The notes under the pieces are model-generated. The model made no database searches. It worked only from the letters and a program-made list of their open reading frames with translations, and was not told where the DNA came from. A stretch of 64,000 bases of DNA from Obrimoposthia wandeli. Taxonomy: Eukaryota. Location: the NCBI GenBank assembly GCA_977020255.1, contig CDROCS010000465.1, positions 868,001 to 932,000 on the forward strand, given 5' to 3'. Numbering within the stretch: position 1 is the first letter of the stretch; each line of letters starts with the position of its first letter. The translations under genes were made by a program, and so were the position numbers. Positions 63,343-64,000 of this stretch are shown piece by piece.

Positions 63343-64000
63343 AATAAAGTAAAACCTATTTTATTTAAATAAAAACTTAATCTTATGTTATTATTAAACA
63401 ACAACAAAAATTATGGAATTGCCAAGCTCATGTTTTCCAATAAAACAACTGTTTTAATATTTAACTCGAATATTGCTAGACTGAAACTATTCTTTCAACC
63501 TTTCTTATGACTTATAACTTGATATTTATCTCTAACATAAAATAGCACAAAAATTCAGTAACCAATTTCTCAAAAGGGAACTCAGTTTGAAAGTTCATTT
63601 GTTAAACTTAACTATTTTATTTGTTCCTTGTCTTTCTTTAAATATGATAAAATAATCTATTCTGTTTCATTTTAATGGATCATTTTTATAAGCCACGTTT
63701 CTAAGTTATCGGCATTTACCGCATCCCTTTTAGATAGAATTGAATGTTCAATTTCAAAAAATTTGTCAGTTTTAACAATTTCTTGAACTACTTACTGAAT
63801 TATATTTTCGTTATTCTTTTACTAGCCTGGGGTATCTTTGTATGTACTGATTGAGTCATTAAATAGTTAAATAGTTTCAATAAAGCCCATTTTCTCATTA
63901 TTAGAACCTATCAGTTAATTGAATATTTTTGAAACTGCATTATTAACCTTAACACTATGAAAGGGTACATATCGATTTTCTTAAGCGGTTCTTCGAATTT

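Overview
AT-rich animal (invertebrate) genomic window. Positions 1-~8505 are the right-hand part of an endogenous Polinton/Maverick (adintovirus-like) element that runs off the left edge of the window. It carries a minor capsid gene, a chromodomain integrase, a basic core-like protein and an FtsK/A32 packaging ATPase. It also has an unusual accessory block: a STYX-like pseudo-phosphatase, a small spliced ORF, a TATA-binding-protein (TBP)-like gene with a 38-nt intron, and an intact BIR-RING IAP. The element ends in a terminal repeat packed with TGACCT/AGGTCA motifs. Most of its genes have a TATA-like box 24-32 nt before the ATG. The variant TATAAACA marks the virion/packaging genes, while TATATAAG/TATAAATA marks the IAP, phosphatase and TBP-like genes. 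This suggests (inference) a virus-encoded TBP that reads a late-promoter variant, which is the best candidate for an undescribed system here. The host part holds a 3-exon C2H2 zinc-finger gene, a 5-exon FoxJ1-like gene and a multi-exon WSC/PKD-like (polycystin-1-like) gene that runs off the right edge. It also holds a 150-bp satellite that begins in a LINE 3' end, a U6 pseudogene, a decayed Polinton-type pPolB, a second solo Polinton-type terminus, and many decayed hAT, Tc1/mariner, pogo and L2-like elements. All family calls come from motif recognition by eye; no database searches were run.
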